Shown piece after piece: positions 48,040-61,388 of a stretch of 64,000 bases of DNA (the first letter of the stretch is position 1; every line of letters begins with the position of its first letter). The stretch covers positions 1,638,722 through 1,702,721 of the forward strand of contig MU059820.1 in the NCBI GenBank assembly GCA_013265495.1, read 5' to 3'. Source of the stretch: Vicugna vicugna. Lineage: Eukaryota. Below the pieces are notes generated by a model. It searched no databases and was not told where the DNA came from. It saw only the letters and a program-made list of their open reading frames with translations. The position numbers and the translations under genes were made by a program.

Positions 48040-50149
48040 ATGTGTACCAAGGAAAAACGTCCTTGCCTGAACAAACATCAGTTTTCATAGCCTAGAACAT
48101 GGAGGAAGATTCCTATACAAGCTGGCTTCCGGGCGGCCAGCAGCTCCGTGCAAAGTTAACAGCACAGTTACTATGGCAACCTAATATTGTTACCTCCACC
48201 TTTCAGTCTGCACGTTTAAGCTGGGGATCTTGTTTCTTTCTTGACTTCTGTGAGGCTCTGGCCAAGGAAGAGGAAGCATTTTAATATATATGCCTCTCTT
48301 TCACACACAAAAAAGAAAAAATTGTAGTGAGTCCTAACATGTTGACAAAAACGCCAGATCAAATGGATTTGAGAAATAAGCCCAGTTTAAGATTGGCTTG
48401 GCCCTCCCTCCACTGGGCCTCCCAGGGAAAGGAATTCCTTTATGTTCATGGACGCCCTTTCTAGAAAAGCCATTCCATTCATACCTTTGTAGAGAAGTGA
48501 ACGGGGTGTGAAGGGCTGCTCCGAGCAAATCGGCTCCCTCACCCCCACCCCTCGGGTCCTTTTAAGTCCTATGGGCCATGCCTTCCTGCCTTGGATCCTG
48601 TGGGTGGGAGAGGCTTACTCTGTCAGTGGATCCTGTATAAAGTCTACCCAAAGTAGACTTGTAACTGTAAGACAGTTAAGGTAGACTGTGGGGGCTGCTA
48701 CAGATAAAATGGAATAAAAGGAGCATTTTCAAATAAATGCCATAAAATTGCAGTAGCTTAAAATTGTAGTGAATCGTAGCCTTTGGGTTATCTAAGATGC
48801 ATTATTCAAGCTCTTCCTAAACTTAAGTATGAAATATAAAGTAAAAATCTTGGGGAAACACTTGTCAAGACAAAAGTCAAGCAGTTTTCACAAAAGAGTA
48901 AGAATAATTTGACAAGAACAGTATCTGTTCTATTAAATTTGTTGTTACATTCAATTTATTTCCAAATTTTAAAATTTACATTATTGTATTAATTTCTCAC
49001 CTCAGTTGATTTTTGTTTTAAACTTTGGAGTTTTGCTAACTTCCATTCTTTGGAGTAATAAGATTTCTCTTTTGTACGACACATAATACATCTGTCAAAA
49101 ATCCATCAAAAAAAGCTTCTTAGTACTTAGAAATAAATAATATTCCTTACTATGTAAAACTATTTATTTTTAAAATGTTTAAATATGAATAAAAAAATTC
49201 TGTAACCAAAAGTAGTTGCTTATTTTTACAAATAAAAGGTGGTTAAAAAAAAATAACAGTGAATCCAAACTATATAGAAAGTCTTAAACTTTATTTTGGT
49301 AGACTTGCTTTTTATAGGCGTAGGTTTAAAGTCATTACTTTTCAGAGATGATACTTTGAAAAGCTAAAAATGCAAAGGTTTAACACTCTTTTATTTCAAA
49401 TATGCATAGTAATTACCCAGGAATAACAATTATCCATTCTTTGCCAGTGAAGAGCAAACACATCTACAGAATGGGAGCCTAAAACGTCTCCCTTATGCAT
49501 ACTGCAACTGCTGGGTGAGGCTGGCTTCTCTCCCGGTTCCAGGACCCTAGGGTGAGGGGTGACCACATAGTGCTCCCGTGTGTGTATGGGGTGGGGGGTG
49601 AGGGTGGGAGGCTGCATGCAATCTCAGTCTGGGCCTGTGCTCCCACCCCTCCTGGGCCACTTGCTCCCACATCCGGCAGGCAGTGTGCCACAGCAGCAAA
49701 CCCCACCAGACACAAATCCTTCTGACTTTGCTCCTACACTGTAAATGCTGCTAGGATGACCAGTATGACCAGTGCTGGGGGGGTTGGGGGGGCACTGGAA
49801 GCCCAGCTATTGCTGTGTCCTATTTTAGGGGGCACTTCTCAAGAGTTCCCCTGAAATTTGTAACCAGCCCAGACGGGAAGGTGTCTTGCCTTTTAACTTA
49901 ACCTGATGGTTGCTCAGTGCACAGCCTCTGAACTGGGGCACAATACAAATATCCCAAAAGCACACACCAATCCTGAGTTTAGGTGCTGTGTTGTAAAGAT
50001 TAAGAAGAAAATGCAACGTTTCCATTAAGACTTCAAAGCTCTTTGAGATCGTAGATTGCCAGGTTCATAAACACCTCAAATTGATGAGTGCAGTGTAGCA
50101 AGTAGATACGTTTCCCTAATGCTAAAAATATAAGTAAAATGCCTTTATT
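47267..50149 (-). terminator. Candidate HLCS poly(A) signals: minus-strand AATAAA at 50144-50149, 49390-49395, 49290-49295, 48955-48960, 47267-47272
   Basis: TTTATT on the + strand downstream of the HLCS stop. The 49390 and 49290 sites have U/GU-rich downstream sequence on the minus strand. Usage unknown. Confidence 0.55.
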
Positions 50150-52319
50150 CAGCTGTTCTATACGAAGCAGAATTTCCAAAGTCTTTGGTTCATTTGAGGC
50201 AAAATCAGGTTTATGAAAAATGCAGCATCTGCTCCAAGTCTACTTTGCCTCCCTCAAGACAACTGGGTGTGGGCACAAGTAAGAACGGTCTTAAAAACAC
50301 AGAGGCGAAGCGATACGCCCGGAGCATCTCCGTCTGCTTTGACATGGCCACACTTCATTAGTTTTAATTTACCAAAAGGAAATTAAATGATAACACTTCC
50401 CCCCCCCAAAGCAGGCTGTCTAGAATAGGACTTCAGCTTAAAACAAATGAGAGCATGTTTTTCATTAAATAACCCCCCAAAGAAATTCAAAAAGTAATGA
50501 CGGCCGCTCTGAGAGATGACTTGCCTTATATTACAAAGTTTAAGAAATGAAACTTGCAACATTAGCCTGAGATCTTTCTTCCGGATGATATTTTGCAGAT
50601 GCCCTCTCCAGGGTGAGTCCATTTCGCAATTTTGGGGTGATACAGACTTTTATTTAAACTTACATTTAGACGTGGGCATTTAGGAGAGCGTGGTTGTTTT
50701 TTTAAGAAGAATAATTCTAATTGAAGCCTTATTTGCAAAAATTGCTTCTGAAGTTCTTTTAAAGTTACATTTCCAAAACACACATATTGGGTTGGTGTAC
50801 TTAACTAAACATGTTATTTTTTTCCTTCCTATGGGGCTGCCTGTGCCTGGCTAAAGGTAGACAGATTTTTATACTGAAAACCACACGTTTCTGGAGTTAG
50901 CCTGACTGGGGAAAGCTGGACAGAGGGTGCTGGTGTGCACTAAGGGGATTCTGTTCAAAGCTGAGAGCCTCTTCAAGTTTTCTTTCCACTAATTTCATTT
51001 GGGGGCATGAAGAGAGACAAGAGGACAAAAATTGGCCTTTTTAGGCTGAAAAGCTTCGTGTATGATTCTCAAGTTCAACAGAGAGAGGAGTTACATGGAG
51101 AAAGCATGGACTACATCTGGAAGCAGCACATGTATATCAAAAGGCTTCCTTTCTTTTGTTCTTCCACAGAGACTCTTAGGGCATCAGATTTTGAACATCT
51201 TCTTTTAAAGCTTCACACACACACACAAACACACACATCTGTCCTCTTAACTGATGGTATTCAGTATCAATAACATTTTCTTTTTTGGCAATATAAGAAA
51301 AAGGGGGCAAAAAAAAATGACTTACAAATAAAAATGCCATGTACTTCTATGTTCTGTGCCCTGCACAGGCCTGCAGGAATGCTCTGCATTTCAAAGCAAG
51401 CCTGAAGCTGGCTTAAAAGCTCCAAATCCTCCTTTGCGTGCAGTATGAGAGCCAGACGTCATCTCCAGCTGTTAGAGCCAAATCATCCCCCGTCACATCC
51501 AAGCAAGTGCCTAATCAACGCTTTAAGGATCTTGAACTTGATCCCATCACTTCAGAATACCCAGTAAACTTAAAACTTATGAAAGGCAAGCTCATTAATT
51601 AACGTCAAGGTAATGAACTGATTTCTTCTGCAAGGTCCTTGCATCCTCCTCAACTCTGTGCGTCTCTGGAGCCACTCAGACTCTGTTGTTGGGCCACAAG
51701 CCACCGAGCTAAGAACAGCTCTTAGAGGTCAACCTGCTCTTTTCTTCATTAACAAAAAATAAAATAAAATGATGACTAAGTGCCAGTCTGTGCTCCTGTA
51801 GGAAAATGCCTCCCTGGATGCTCGTAAACAGTGTTATCATACCTCAAACTCTGGCCCGAAAGCTTTTTTTTTTTTAATTTGTTTTTCACAGTTTAGGGGT
51901 AAAGATCTCCACTACTGGGAAAACATTTGAATTATCCCATTGCCATTGCTGTTTCCATGTAAAAACTTTTTTGGGGGCGGGGGGGGCAATGAACATACAT
52001 CCAAGTCCAAGAGGGGGGAACTATGTCACACCTACGGCAGGGCTTTTCCCTAAACTAAACCTTCACTTGTCAACCCTCCACCCAAACATCTTCAAACACC
52101 AAATAAAATGGCGACAGAACAAAATTAAAGAATTAACTGATTAATCAGAGGGAGAGAAAAATCGCCTACAACTCTGCATTAGTTTTCCAGATCCACGGGC
52201 TAGGAAAGGTGGCAGAAATCAAACGGGAATGTTTCTGTGGTGGTTCTGCACACGTGTCAGCCCCAGCCCCTCTCAGCAGCGGCCCGGGGAGGCCCCAGGC
52301 CTTGGCGCAGGCGCGGGGA

Positions 52320-52491
52320 CTACTGCTGTTTGGGGACGATGAGGTTTCTCAGCATGTCGAAGGAGTTGCCATCAGGATGCACAGTCATCACCTTGCCGTT
52401 TTCCTGGTGAACCAGAAGGAACCCGGAATCATCGAGGCCGACTATCCACACCTTTGGTCCCTCCGGGCTTCCCAGACTGACTTGCTGAGCA
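52320..52491 (-). CDS. HLCS: HLCS last coding exon (coding part)
   Basis: tttcag|T GCT CAG CAA... encodes (S)[56 protein letters not shown]; TAG at 52322-52320. Confidence 0.98.
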
Positions 52492-53043
52492 CTGAAATGA
52501 GGAACAGACCCGTCACCGTCACCGGGAAATGGAGTAACACTGGCTTGAGACAATTAGGTAGGTAATTATCCACTATGCGAAGGGGTGCGGGGTGGTGGGG
52601 GAGGGGGCTGCGCCAGATAGAGTTAAAATGCATCTGAGTCTGAGCTCTGACTTTCAGGGTCCCGCCTGAATTGTTATGATAGCTACGAGAATAACCAGGG
52701 CGATGCAAAGTCCAACAGGGAGTTAGTTGTAACTGCTTCTCTTATAAGCAATGGCACTCCGAATTCTGATCCCCTGGGATGACGGTATTTGCCCTACTTC
52801 CTCACCCTCTAGCACTCAGGGGATGGGGGGAATCAAAACAAAACAACGCTGTGCAACCCTCTAGGATTTTTGGCTGAGACTGGCCTCTTTTTGGCAGAGT
52901 TAAAAGAAAACTTTAATCAAGTTGAGTAGCATCAATTATAAACTAAACTCAACCTAATTCTACTTCTTTTAAATATTTTCCAAATGCATCTATTGCCTTA
53001 TATCCTCGTTAAGAGATGTAAAAGTATAGAGTCTGTACCTCTC

Positions 53044-53905
53044 CAATTTTTATTTTGAAGAATTTCAAACCTACAGCAAAGCTGAGAAATAGTACAATGA
53101 ATCTCATATTCCCCCTTCACTTACAAATCACACCAAGTGATAACATTTTCCATATTTGCTCTCTTTACACACGTACATAGTTTGTTTGTTTTTGGCTGAT
53201 ATTTAAAACTAAGCTGCAGGCATCATGACACTGTATACTTAAATACTTCAGCATGTTATTTCTAAAGAATAAGAACAATCTCCTACAAAACCAGAATATC
53301 ATCGTCACCCTCAAGAAATCTGACCTTGATACAGTAACATCATTTAATACATAGACCGTGTTCAGAGGTCCCATTAATATCCTTTGTGGCTGTTTCCTTC
53401 CTTCCAGGGCCCGATTATGAATCACATGTTGCAATAAGCTGTCATGCCTCTTTACTCTTCTTCAATCTCAGAAAATCTCCCACCTTCTCTTTGTCTTTAA
53501 GACACTGACACTGAGGAGCAGAGGCCGGCTGGTACACTTCTCAAACTGAGAATCCCCGGGAGCCTTTGTTAAAACACTGAAGCGGGGCCCCAGCCTCAGA
53601 GTCTCTGATTTAGGAAGTCCAGGATGGGAGCTGTTAATTTGCATTTCTAACAAGTTCCCAGGCCAGGCTGCTGCTGCCCCCCTGGGGATCTCACTTGGAA
53701 AACGATTGTTATCTAGAATGTTCCACAATCTAGACTTGCCTGTTTCCTCACAATTAGATTCAGCTTCAACATGCCAGGGAGGAAAATCTCCAGTGATGTT
53801 GTGTTCTCCCAGGGCACCCCACCTGGAGGCACGGGATGCCAGTTCATCCCTGTCGCTGGGCTGCTAACTTGCTCAAGGTGGCATCTACCAGGTTTATCCA
53901 TCAGT
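53044..53905 (-). mobile_element. L1MC-type LINE-1 3' fragment, split by MER5A (about 53044-53515 and 53710-53905)
   Basis: ttttattttgaagaatttcaaacctacag..., gcatcatgaca..., aaatacttcagcatg..., ttcaatct.gaa matches old L1MC 3' ends; subfamily uncertain. Confidence 0.72.
53532..53708 (-). mobile_element. MER5A (hAT-Charlie) inserted in an old L1
   Basis: ttctcaaact...tttgttaaaaca...tctgatt...tttgcatttctaacaagttcccagg..gctgctgctg...cactt matches the recalled MER5A consensus in reverse. Confidence 0.85.
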
Positions 53906-54013
53906 AAAATAAAAAATAATTATCTAGACCAGTGCTTAACTTCTCATTTTAAGGTATTAAACTACTGACTTAAAAAAGGAATTGTAAAAGGATGAAGACA
54001 AGCCAGCACTGAC

Positions 54014-54227
54014 CTGTGGACCCAGTATTTATAATACAGAGGCAGAATGCCATTGGGCCCTTCATCCTGAAACGTGTCCATCAGTTTCTCCAGCACGGTC
54101 ACAGTTCTGGCGATCAGATAATCAGCTCTGAGGGGCTTCAGTCCTGCCCTGTGTTGCTTATTGTATTCTGTGATGAGATCGTTGATGCATATGGTAGGGT
54201 TACTATTAGTCACGTTAAATCCACAGC
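54014..54227 (-). CDS. HLCS: HLCS penultimate coding exon
   Basis: gtccag|GC TGT GGA TTT AAC... encodes (G)[70 protein letters not shown](S); donor CAG|GTCAGT; 214 nt. Confidence 0.98.
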
Positions 54228-56346
54228 CTGGACGAAAACAAGCAATTGAAAGCATGAGCAGCTCAACCTACTGAAGGCATCGCATATTTCTCTCAACCAC
54301 CCGGACAGAGTTACAGCTTTCACTGTGCTGACTTCCTGCTTCTTTGTCCTCACACTGAGCTTCTCTTCTCCGGCTACCTAGAGAGTGACTTAGGTCTTTG
54401 AGCCCATCTTCCTTTTTCACCCTTCCTTTATTATCCTTGTCTCCCAGGACCATCCCACCCTGAGAGCAAATAAGCTGGGAAAAAAGCAAGCCACGCTTGA
54501 TTCAATTAAGCAGAAGCTACGAATGGGATAAAATAGAGTTGCTTCTGAAACGATTCCTCAGGTGGTCTAGCCAAGCACTGTAGCTCTGTGCTGAGCATGA
54601 TATAAAAGAAAATCTCTTGTTTCTTTTTTCTACTTGAATAACAGAACACATGCTTGAAAATAAAGCATTTTATTCAGGTCTTAAGGAGTAAACTCTGGAT
54701 TCAGAGATTTCAGACCTTGGCCATGGCATAAACCTAAAACACATCTCTTAATACTTGATTGATCCTTGGAAGTCTTTGGTGCTAGGGTTACGCCGCTGGC
54801 AAAGGGCCAGCTCATGTTCAGTGGCTCTTTTATAGGCCCCTCTACCACGGCTTCGGGAGAGCGAGTTACCAGCTTATCTCAGCTGTTACTGAACACCACC
54901 ATCCTCTGCAGGAGAGGTTAGTCTTCAGAAAAGCTGAACCCTTAGTTTTCAGCACGGCCCTGAATCAAACTCAAAGATGTCTTCAATAAGAAATGAAATA
55001 CTGCAAGAACAAGGGGGTAAGACTGTGGTTTCCCCAGGGCCTCTGAGAAAAAAGTTCCCAAATACTCACCTCAGGTAGAACAGTGACATTTACAATAACA
55101 GTATTTTTTGGTAAATGTTCTGAGCCATTTTCAGTGTGAAGGGAAAGACTGATTGGCCTCAGATTATTATTATTTTTTAAAAATATACTGGTTACTGTAT
55201 TTTAATAATACAAAACAATGTAAGTTACATCTGGGGAAAAAACAAGTAACCATAGCAACAGGGGCAGACTCTGCACTTGTTCATTTGTTCTTTCATTCAA
55301 CATACACAGTGGCTGTACAAAGCATTCAGTTAGGTGTGTACAGTGCTGAAAAATCTCCCGTGCACTCAGAAAATCCAAAGTCCTGGGGGAAACAGCAACA
55401 CGGACGACTGTCAGCTTCCACTGTGTCTTCCCAGGGGCCAGATAGCAGCCCTGCTGGTGACTCTGACTCTTTCCCCAAAGATGCTCCTTGTCCCCCACCC
55501 ACCTCCCATGGCCTTAAGACTTTAATAAAAGCTATGGATTCTCCCCCACAGGGAAATGTTTCGTCTCTCCCACATTGATAGGAGTCCTTGGTTCCCTGAA
55601 GCCATCGTTGGGCCTCCTTGATATCTGTGGGCCCTCCTTGATGAATCTCCGCATCCAGCCCAGTTCCTCACTTACAGAAGGGAAACGGAGCTTTGAGGGT
55701 ATGAAGTGGCTTGCCCAGAATAATACTGCCTATTGATAGCAGGGCTGGAGACATAAGCCTTGTATTCTTTGGCTGGCTGGCACTTCCAACACGCAATCAC
55801 ATGTTTTCTGTCCATTACTGATTTTCGAACACCAATCAAGCTCTCCGGGGCAACAGGGAGAAGCTGATGCTTGGGTGACCAGGGACCTAAGAACGTCTGA
55901 AACTGCTTCTGAATCCATTTCCTTGCCTGATAAGGATGTGCTGGGGTGAAACGGGGATTCTTTACTCCACTTTCACCAGCCTGGAGCTTCTTCTGAAGGT
56001 CAAAAAGGAGGCAACTTTTCCATGGCCTGGGAAGGGCAGATTAAGAGTGGAAGAGAGACTGCCAGGACACCCACCCTTGAAATTAACTTTCTTTTCTTAT
56101 TACCAAATAATATATTAAATGTTTATTTTCACCATTTCTAATTCTACGAGAAGCAGGAGTGTGGAGAAGTACAAGAAAAAGTCTGTTTGATGAGATACCC
56201 TTTGGGTGGTGTCCATGGCCAAAGACAGGAATGCTAAAACCCTTAGAAGGGCTTTCTACCAATCTGGTCTGTCTTGCACACATGTTCTGTTCCATAGCTC
56301 AAGATGCAAAGAAAAAGTAACCCCATATGATAATCCACTCCCCCTA

Positions 56347-56535
<189 letters not shown>

Positions 56536-57276
56536 CTAAAGGGAAATCTGCATATTAATCAAGTAGTCACAGGACACAAAGGGATCAGGAGAGGTCATCC
56601 AGCTAAAATAAAAGATGAGCAGAATACTCTTGAAATAAATGGAACATGGGGTCTCATCCTCTCCTCTTTTTTCAGACAGCTAATCACTTCCTTAGAACAA
56701 TCAATATGAAAGTACCTCTTGGGGTGAGAGGGAAAGAGACCTAAAGAAAACACTCAGCTCTCCCAGGGCCCTCCCCCACCCCCCACCGCTGCTGTTCATC
56801 ATCATCAGAAACACTTTCTGAAGACGCCTCTCTTGTGGATTAAGTTCATTATTTCAGTATCAGCAGCCATCACTGCGGAGTACCGTCGTGTGCTGGGGGC
56901 TGGGGGCAGTGGGAGGGTAGTAGTCTCAGGGCTCTCTTCTCCTAAGGGGCTCATGCTCAAGAGAAAGTTGGCTATGAATTAACCACCAATGTAAAAGTCA
57001 AGTAGGACTGTTGAGTAGAATGCTATGCAGATACAGAGTAGGAACTCATCCTACTGAGTTATGAGAAGTCTCCAAGGACTGCCAAAAGTCAGCTTGGGTG
57101 ACAGAAATGGATTTGTCTATGGCCTACTCCCTCTCCCTCCTGAAGGCTGTGGCCTGGGCAACCCTGCCTGTGCCTCGGTCTCAGTGGAATGGTCCAAGGA
57201 TGGACACTGCCTTGAACTGGGCCAACCAGACCCCCACCTCTTGCCATAATTGTGAAGTTAGGGCACACAGACTGGG

Positions 57277-57913
57277 TGAGACTCAATGAGCACCAGAACT
57301 GCCAGGACTCCTGTTTTAGGGGAGAATAGGTTCTTGCCTTGCGCAGGAGAGAATTCAAGAGTAAGGCATGGTAAAGTGAAAGTAAGTTTATTTAGAGAGA
57401 TATACACTCCACAGACAGAGTGCAGTCTGTCTCACTCAGAAGGGAAGATGGCTTAGGAGACACACACTCCATCAGCAGAATGTGGGCCATCTCAGAAAGC
57501 TGAGAGGGAGAGAAGCTGAGAGGAGTGGGGTGCTTAGAGTAAAAGCAGATACACCCTCCATAGACAGAGTGCGGGCCGTCTCAGAAGGCGAGCGCGACAG
57601 AGCGAGAGCGACCACGGGGTGCGGGGTTGTTAGGTTTTATGGGCTAGGTAATTTTACATGCTAATGTGCAGGAGGATTACTCCAACCACCTTGAGGAAGG
57701 GGTGAGGATTTCCAGGAAATGCAGCCCCCCACACACTTTTTAACCTTTTCTGGTCAGCCTGGGGACTGTCCTGGCACCGGTGGATGTGCTGTGAGGCTCA
57801 AGGTCTACTGGAAGTCAGATCTTCCGCCATCTTGGTTCTAACCAGTGTGTCCTGTCCTCCATGGGAGTGTCAGTCCTTCAGTGCTTGTGCCCTGCCTCTT
57901 TCCTCCCACTTCA
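57277..57913 (-). mobile_element. Solo ERV1-class LTR (about 640 bp), same orientation as HLCS
   Basis: TG...CA ends. The minus strand reads tgaagtgggaggaaagaggcagggcacaag... aaccaagatggcggaag... AATAAACTTACTT...cttgaattctctcctgcgc..aagaacc, a MER4-group-like R/U5. Three internal ~40-nt imperfect repeats; possible TSD actggg/cctggg. Boundaries approximate. Confidence 0.72.
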
Positions 57914-58139
57914 CCTGGGCCTGGGCCTGGGAGCCAGGTGGCGCCATGCTGTAGGTAGAGGAAGCCCATCTGGACACGTGAGGCTGAAGGAGAGACACTC
58001 AGCAAAATAAAACCAGGAGACCAGAGAGTAGCTAATGGCCTCTCAGCCCCACAGGGCTGGCTCCTCCTTCACTGGGGGCAGGCTGGGGGCCGAGCCCCAG
58101 CTCAGCACTTCGACCAAACCAAGTGTTGGAACCAGCGTC

Positions 58140-58256
58140 ATCTCTATTTAACAAAGGAAGGAACTGAAGCTTACAGACTACCTGGCTTGCCTAAGGCTGC
58201 ACCTCTTGCAAGTGGCAGAGTAGGGCTTTCTGACGCCAAGGCCCCGGGTGCTTAAC
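58140..58256 (-). mobile_element. MIR SINE relic
   Basis: ggaactgaagct...cttgcctaagg...aagtggcagag...ctgacgccaag...gtgcttaac. Confidence 0.5.
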
Positions 58257-58416
58257 ACCCTGCTCTGCCACCTGCTGCTTCCAGGCAACCCCCTCCTCTC
58301 CCCTCAGCAGGCCTTCTCCTCACCTCGGCCACACAGAATGTGCTCCTGTCCTTTAGAAGCGCATCTGTCCTAGGATGGGGAGCCTCCTAGTTCTTCTCTG
58401 GTTAGAATGGGGTTCT

Positions 58417-58563
58417 GGGGCAAGGAGGGGTAGCTCAAGTGGTAGAGCACATGCTTAGCATGCACAGGGTCCTGGGCTCAATCCCCAGAACCTCCTACAA
58501 ACAAACCAACAAACCTAATGATCCCCCCTCCCAAAAAAAGAGTAAAAAAAAAAAAAGTTAAAA
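58417..58563 (+). mobile_element. tRNA-derived SINE, camelid Vic-1-like, inserted at a MER20 terminus
   Basis: GTAGCTCAAGTGGTAGAG...GGCTCAATCCCC...AAACCTAATG..CCCCCC and an A-tail. TSD agaatggggttct (58404-58416) / aaaatagggttct (58564-58576). Confidence 0.85.
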
Positions 58564-58566
58564 AAA

Positions 58567-58787
58567 ATAGGGTTCTCAGTGGGGGAGTGGGGGTGGGGAG
58601 TCTGCCCTCCTGGGGACATTTGGCAATATTGGGAGACGATTCAGGCTGTCACAGCTTGAAGGAATCCTATTGGTATCCAGTGGGGAGAGGCCACCAGTAC
58701 TGGTCTGCAGCCTGTAATGCACAGGGTGGCCCTGCAGCCAAGATGTAGGGGCTCAAATGTGAATAGTGCTGAGAGTGAGAAAGGCTG
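58567..58787 (+). mobile_element. MER20 (hAT-Charlie DNA transposon relic)
   Basis: ggttctca...ggggacatttggcaat...tgtcaca...cagtgg..agaggcca...aatgcacagg...aaatgtgaatagtgctgag..tgagaaa..ctg follows the recalled MER20 consensus end to end. Confidence 0.85.
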
Positions 58788-59654
58788 GTCTAGAAAAATC
58801 TGTAACTTGGAAACTCTGGTCCTGGTCGCTCTCCCGAGACCTCTTCTTTGTCCTCTTTCAGCGGCCCACGTCCTACCGCGGCCTGCCCCGTCCCTGCGGA
58901 AGCTTGGGAACAGCGCCCCCATCACGGGGGCAGTCGCTTACTTTTGCACAGTCTCTGCTCTTGGGCTCCTGTTTCACTTCACATTTTCAGGTCGAGTTAT
59001 GAAACTAGACCTGAACTTACGAAATGTTGGGTTCTCACGCAGGTAAACAAGGACATCTATTCCAAGACGAAGAGAAAGTCTAACTGCTTGTTTCTCACTG
59101 TCTCAATCTTTTATTCAAACAGCTGCTACGGGCTTTCCATGTAGAAAGCACGGCGCTAGGCTCTTTGGGGACCAAAACAAAACTAATCCTGCGTTCAGAG
59201 AGCTGGTGAATTTGTAGGAGATAGAACTGGAGTACAAATAACCCTGCTTCCAAGCAGTCCCTGGGAGGGACCACGAAAGTGGCCCAGGTGTTTAAAGTGC
59301 CATAGGGTGTCGGAGGAGGGGGAGTCCATAGCTAGAAGGTTCCAGGAGCAGCACTGGAGCTGGGCCTCCGAGGGCGAACGGGACTTGGAGGTACAGAGAA
59401 GAGAGCAGGAACGGGGATGTGCGGGTGGGAGGAGCCCAGTGGAACCTCGAGGGCAGAAGAGACAACAGGAGGAAGAGCAGGCAGCCCAGAGAAGGTTCCA
59501 GAAGGAATGGCGAGCATTCCACCGATGCTGCCTCTGGTCCAGGAAGGCCGGGCACAGTGTGTGTGCTGAAGATGACATCTGGCTGGGGACAAGTTGGGAA
59601 GGACGTAAGAAAAGGCCAATCCTAGGCAACAGGGGCCTATTTCAACCATCCTAT

Positions 59655-59751
59655 AGTTGTACTGTGTAAGCTAACTGTATGCCTTAAACTTATACACAGC
59701 AGCATGTCAATGATATCAATAAAACTGAAAATGAAATAAAATAAGAATAAA
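59655..59751 (+). mobile_element. Short LINE-1 3' terminal fragment
   Basis: ttgtactgtgta...taaacttatac...tatcaataaaactg with an A-rich tail. Confidence 0.6.
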
Positions 59752-60947
59752 TCCAATCCAAAAACCATACAGATGAGACTGAGCTGGATGATGGCAGAAA
59801 TGGGACAGGAACTTTGGTGGGAGCTTCTTAAGGAGAATGGGGGACACATGTGCCCGGGTCCACTGTGGAGGACAAGCGTCCCACCTCCCTAGCCAGCTGC
59901 CCTGCACCTGTGGAGCCTTGCACACTGCAGGCACTCACAGAATGCTCCCTAAGCCAACAAGTGAGGCTGCAAGGTCAAAATCAAGCCAAACAGACTAATT
60001 TAATTTTAATTTGTAATATATTTTCCTAAGACTAATGAACCTATTGCTACAGTTAAAAATATTTTCCCCCAGAACAAAATTTTAACTTCTCAACTGCTTG
60101 GTGCAGGGTGAGACGTCCAGCTCAGGGACTGCAGGCTGGACCTGTGAAGGTTGTTGACAGTCTGATGAGACCAAGCCCATCAGACACAGCAAGGATGCTG
60201 AGAACCCGGGGATAAATGTCACGTTTCGGTGTGCGTGCCAGTGACTTGACGTAACACGAAACACGTACCCTAGTCCTGCATTCTGCGACTGTGAAGACCT
60301 GGCCACGTCGGAGGAGCTTAGGGGCAGTGGAAGGACTGCTTCTTCCTTGAAATCCCCAAGACAGGCCCCCTTTGAAAGTCCTGATCTTAAAATGTTGCTT
60401 CAGGAATTAATACAATCATTGTTTTTAGCTTCACATGTAGGTGGGAGGGAGGCTGGGGAGGAACCTCTTTCTTACATCCATGTGAAATTCTTCCAGGAGA
60501 AAGGAGGAGGGGGAGTCAGTAAGTGGAGCCCAGGGAACGGGAGAAAGGCTTCTTGACTGTGTTAACTACTCTCTTTTCCTTGTCTTCTTAATAACTGACA
60601 CCAAAGCATTCGAAAGTCATGATGAAACAGGCACATCTGTCTGTACAGCTGGGGGCAGATGGCCCCAAATGAACATGCACATGGCACAAGGGCAGCTGTA
60701 GACAAAGGATAGCTTTGCTGAGCACAGACTGTGGCAAATGAAGGTAGGAAATGAGGAGGTTTGTTTAGGTCTATAAATAAGCCTTTTCACCAGAAAACAC
60801 AACACATATATGGCCCCATCCAGTCCAATGTGCTTCAGTCAAAAGAGAAGAGAAAAAAGAGGCATGGAACTAGGATGTTTGAGAAATGTGACAACAGGAC
60901 AGAAAAGGAATTCTGGGAAACACGTTCCAGCAGGCCTGAAGCAGCTA

Positions 60948-61388
<441 letters not shown>

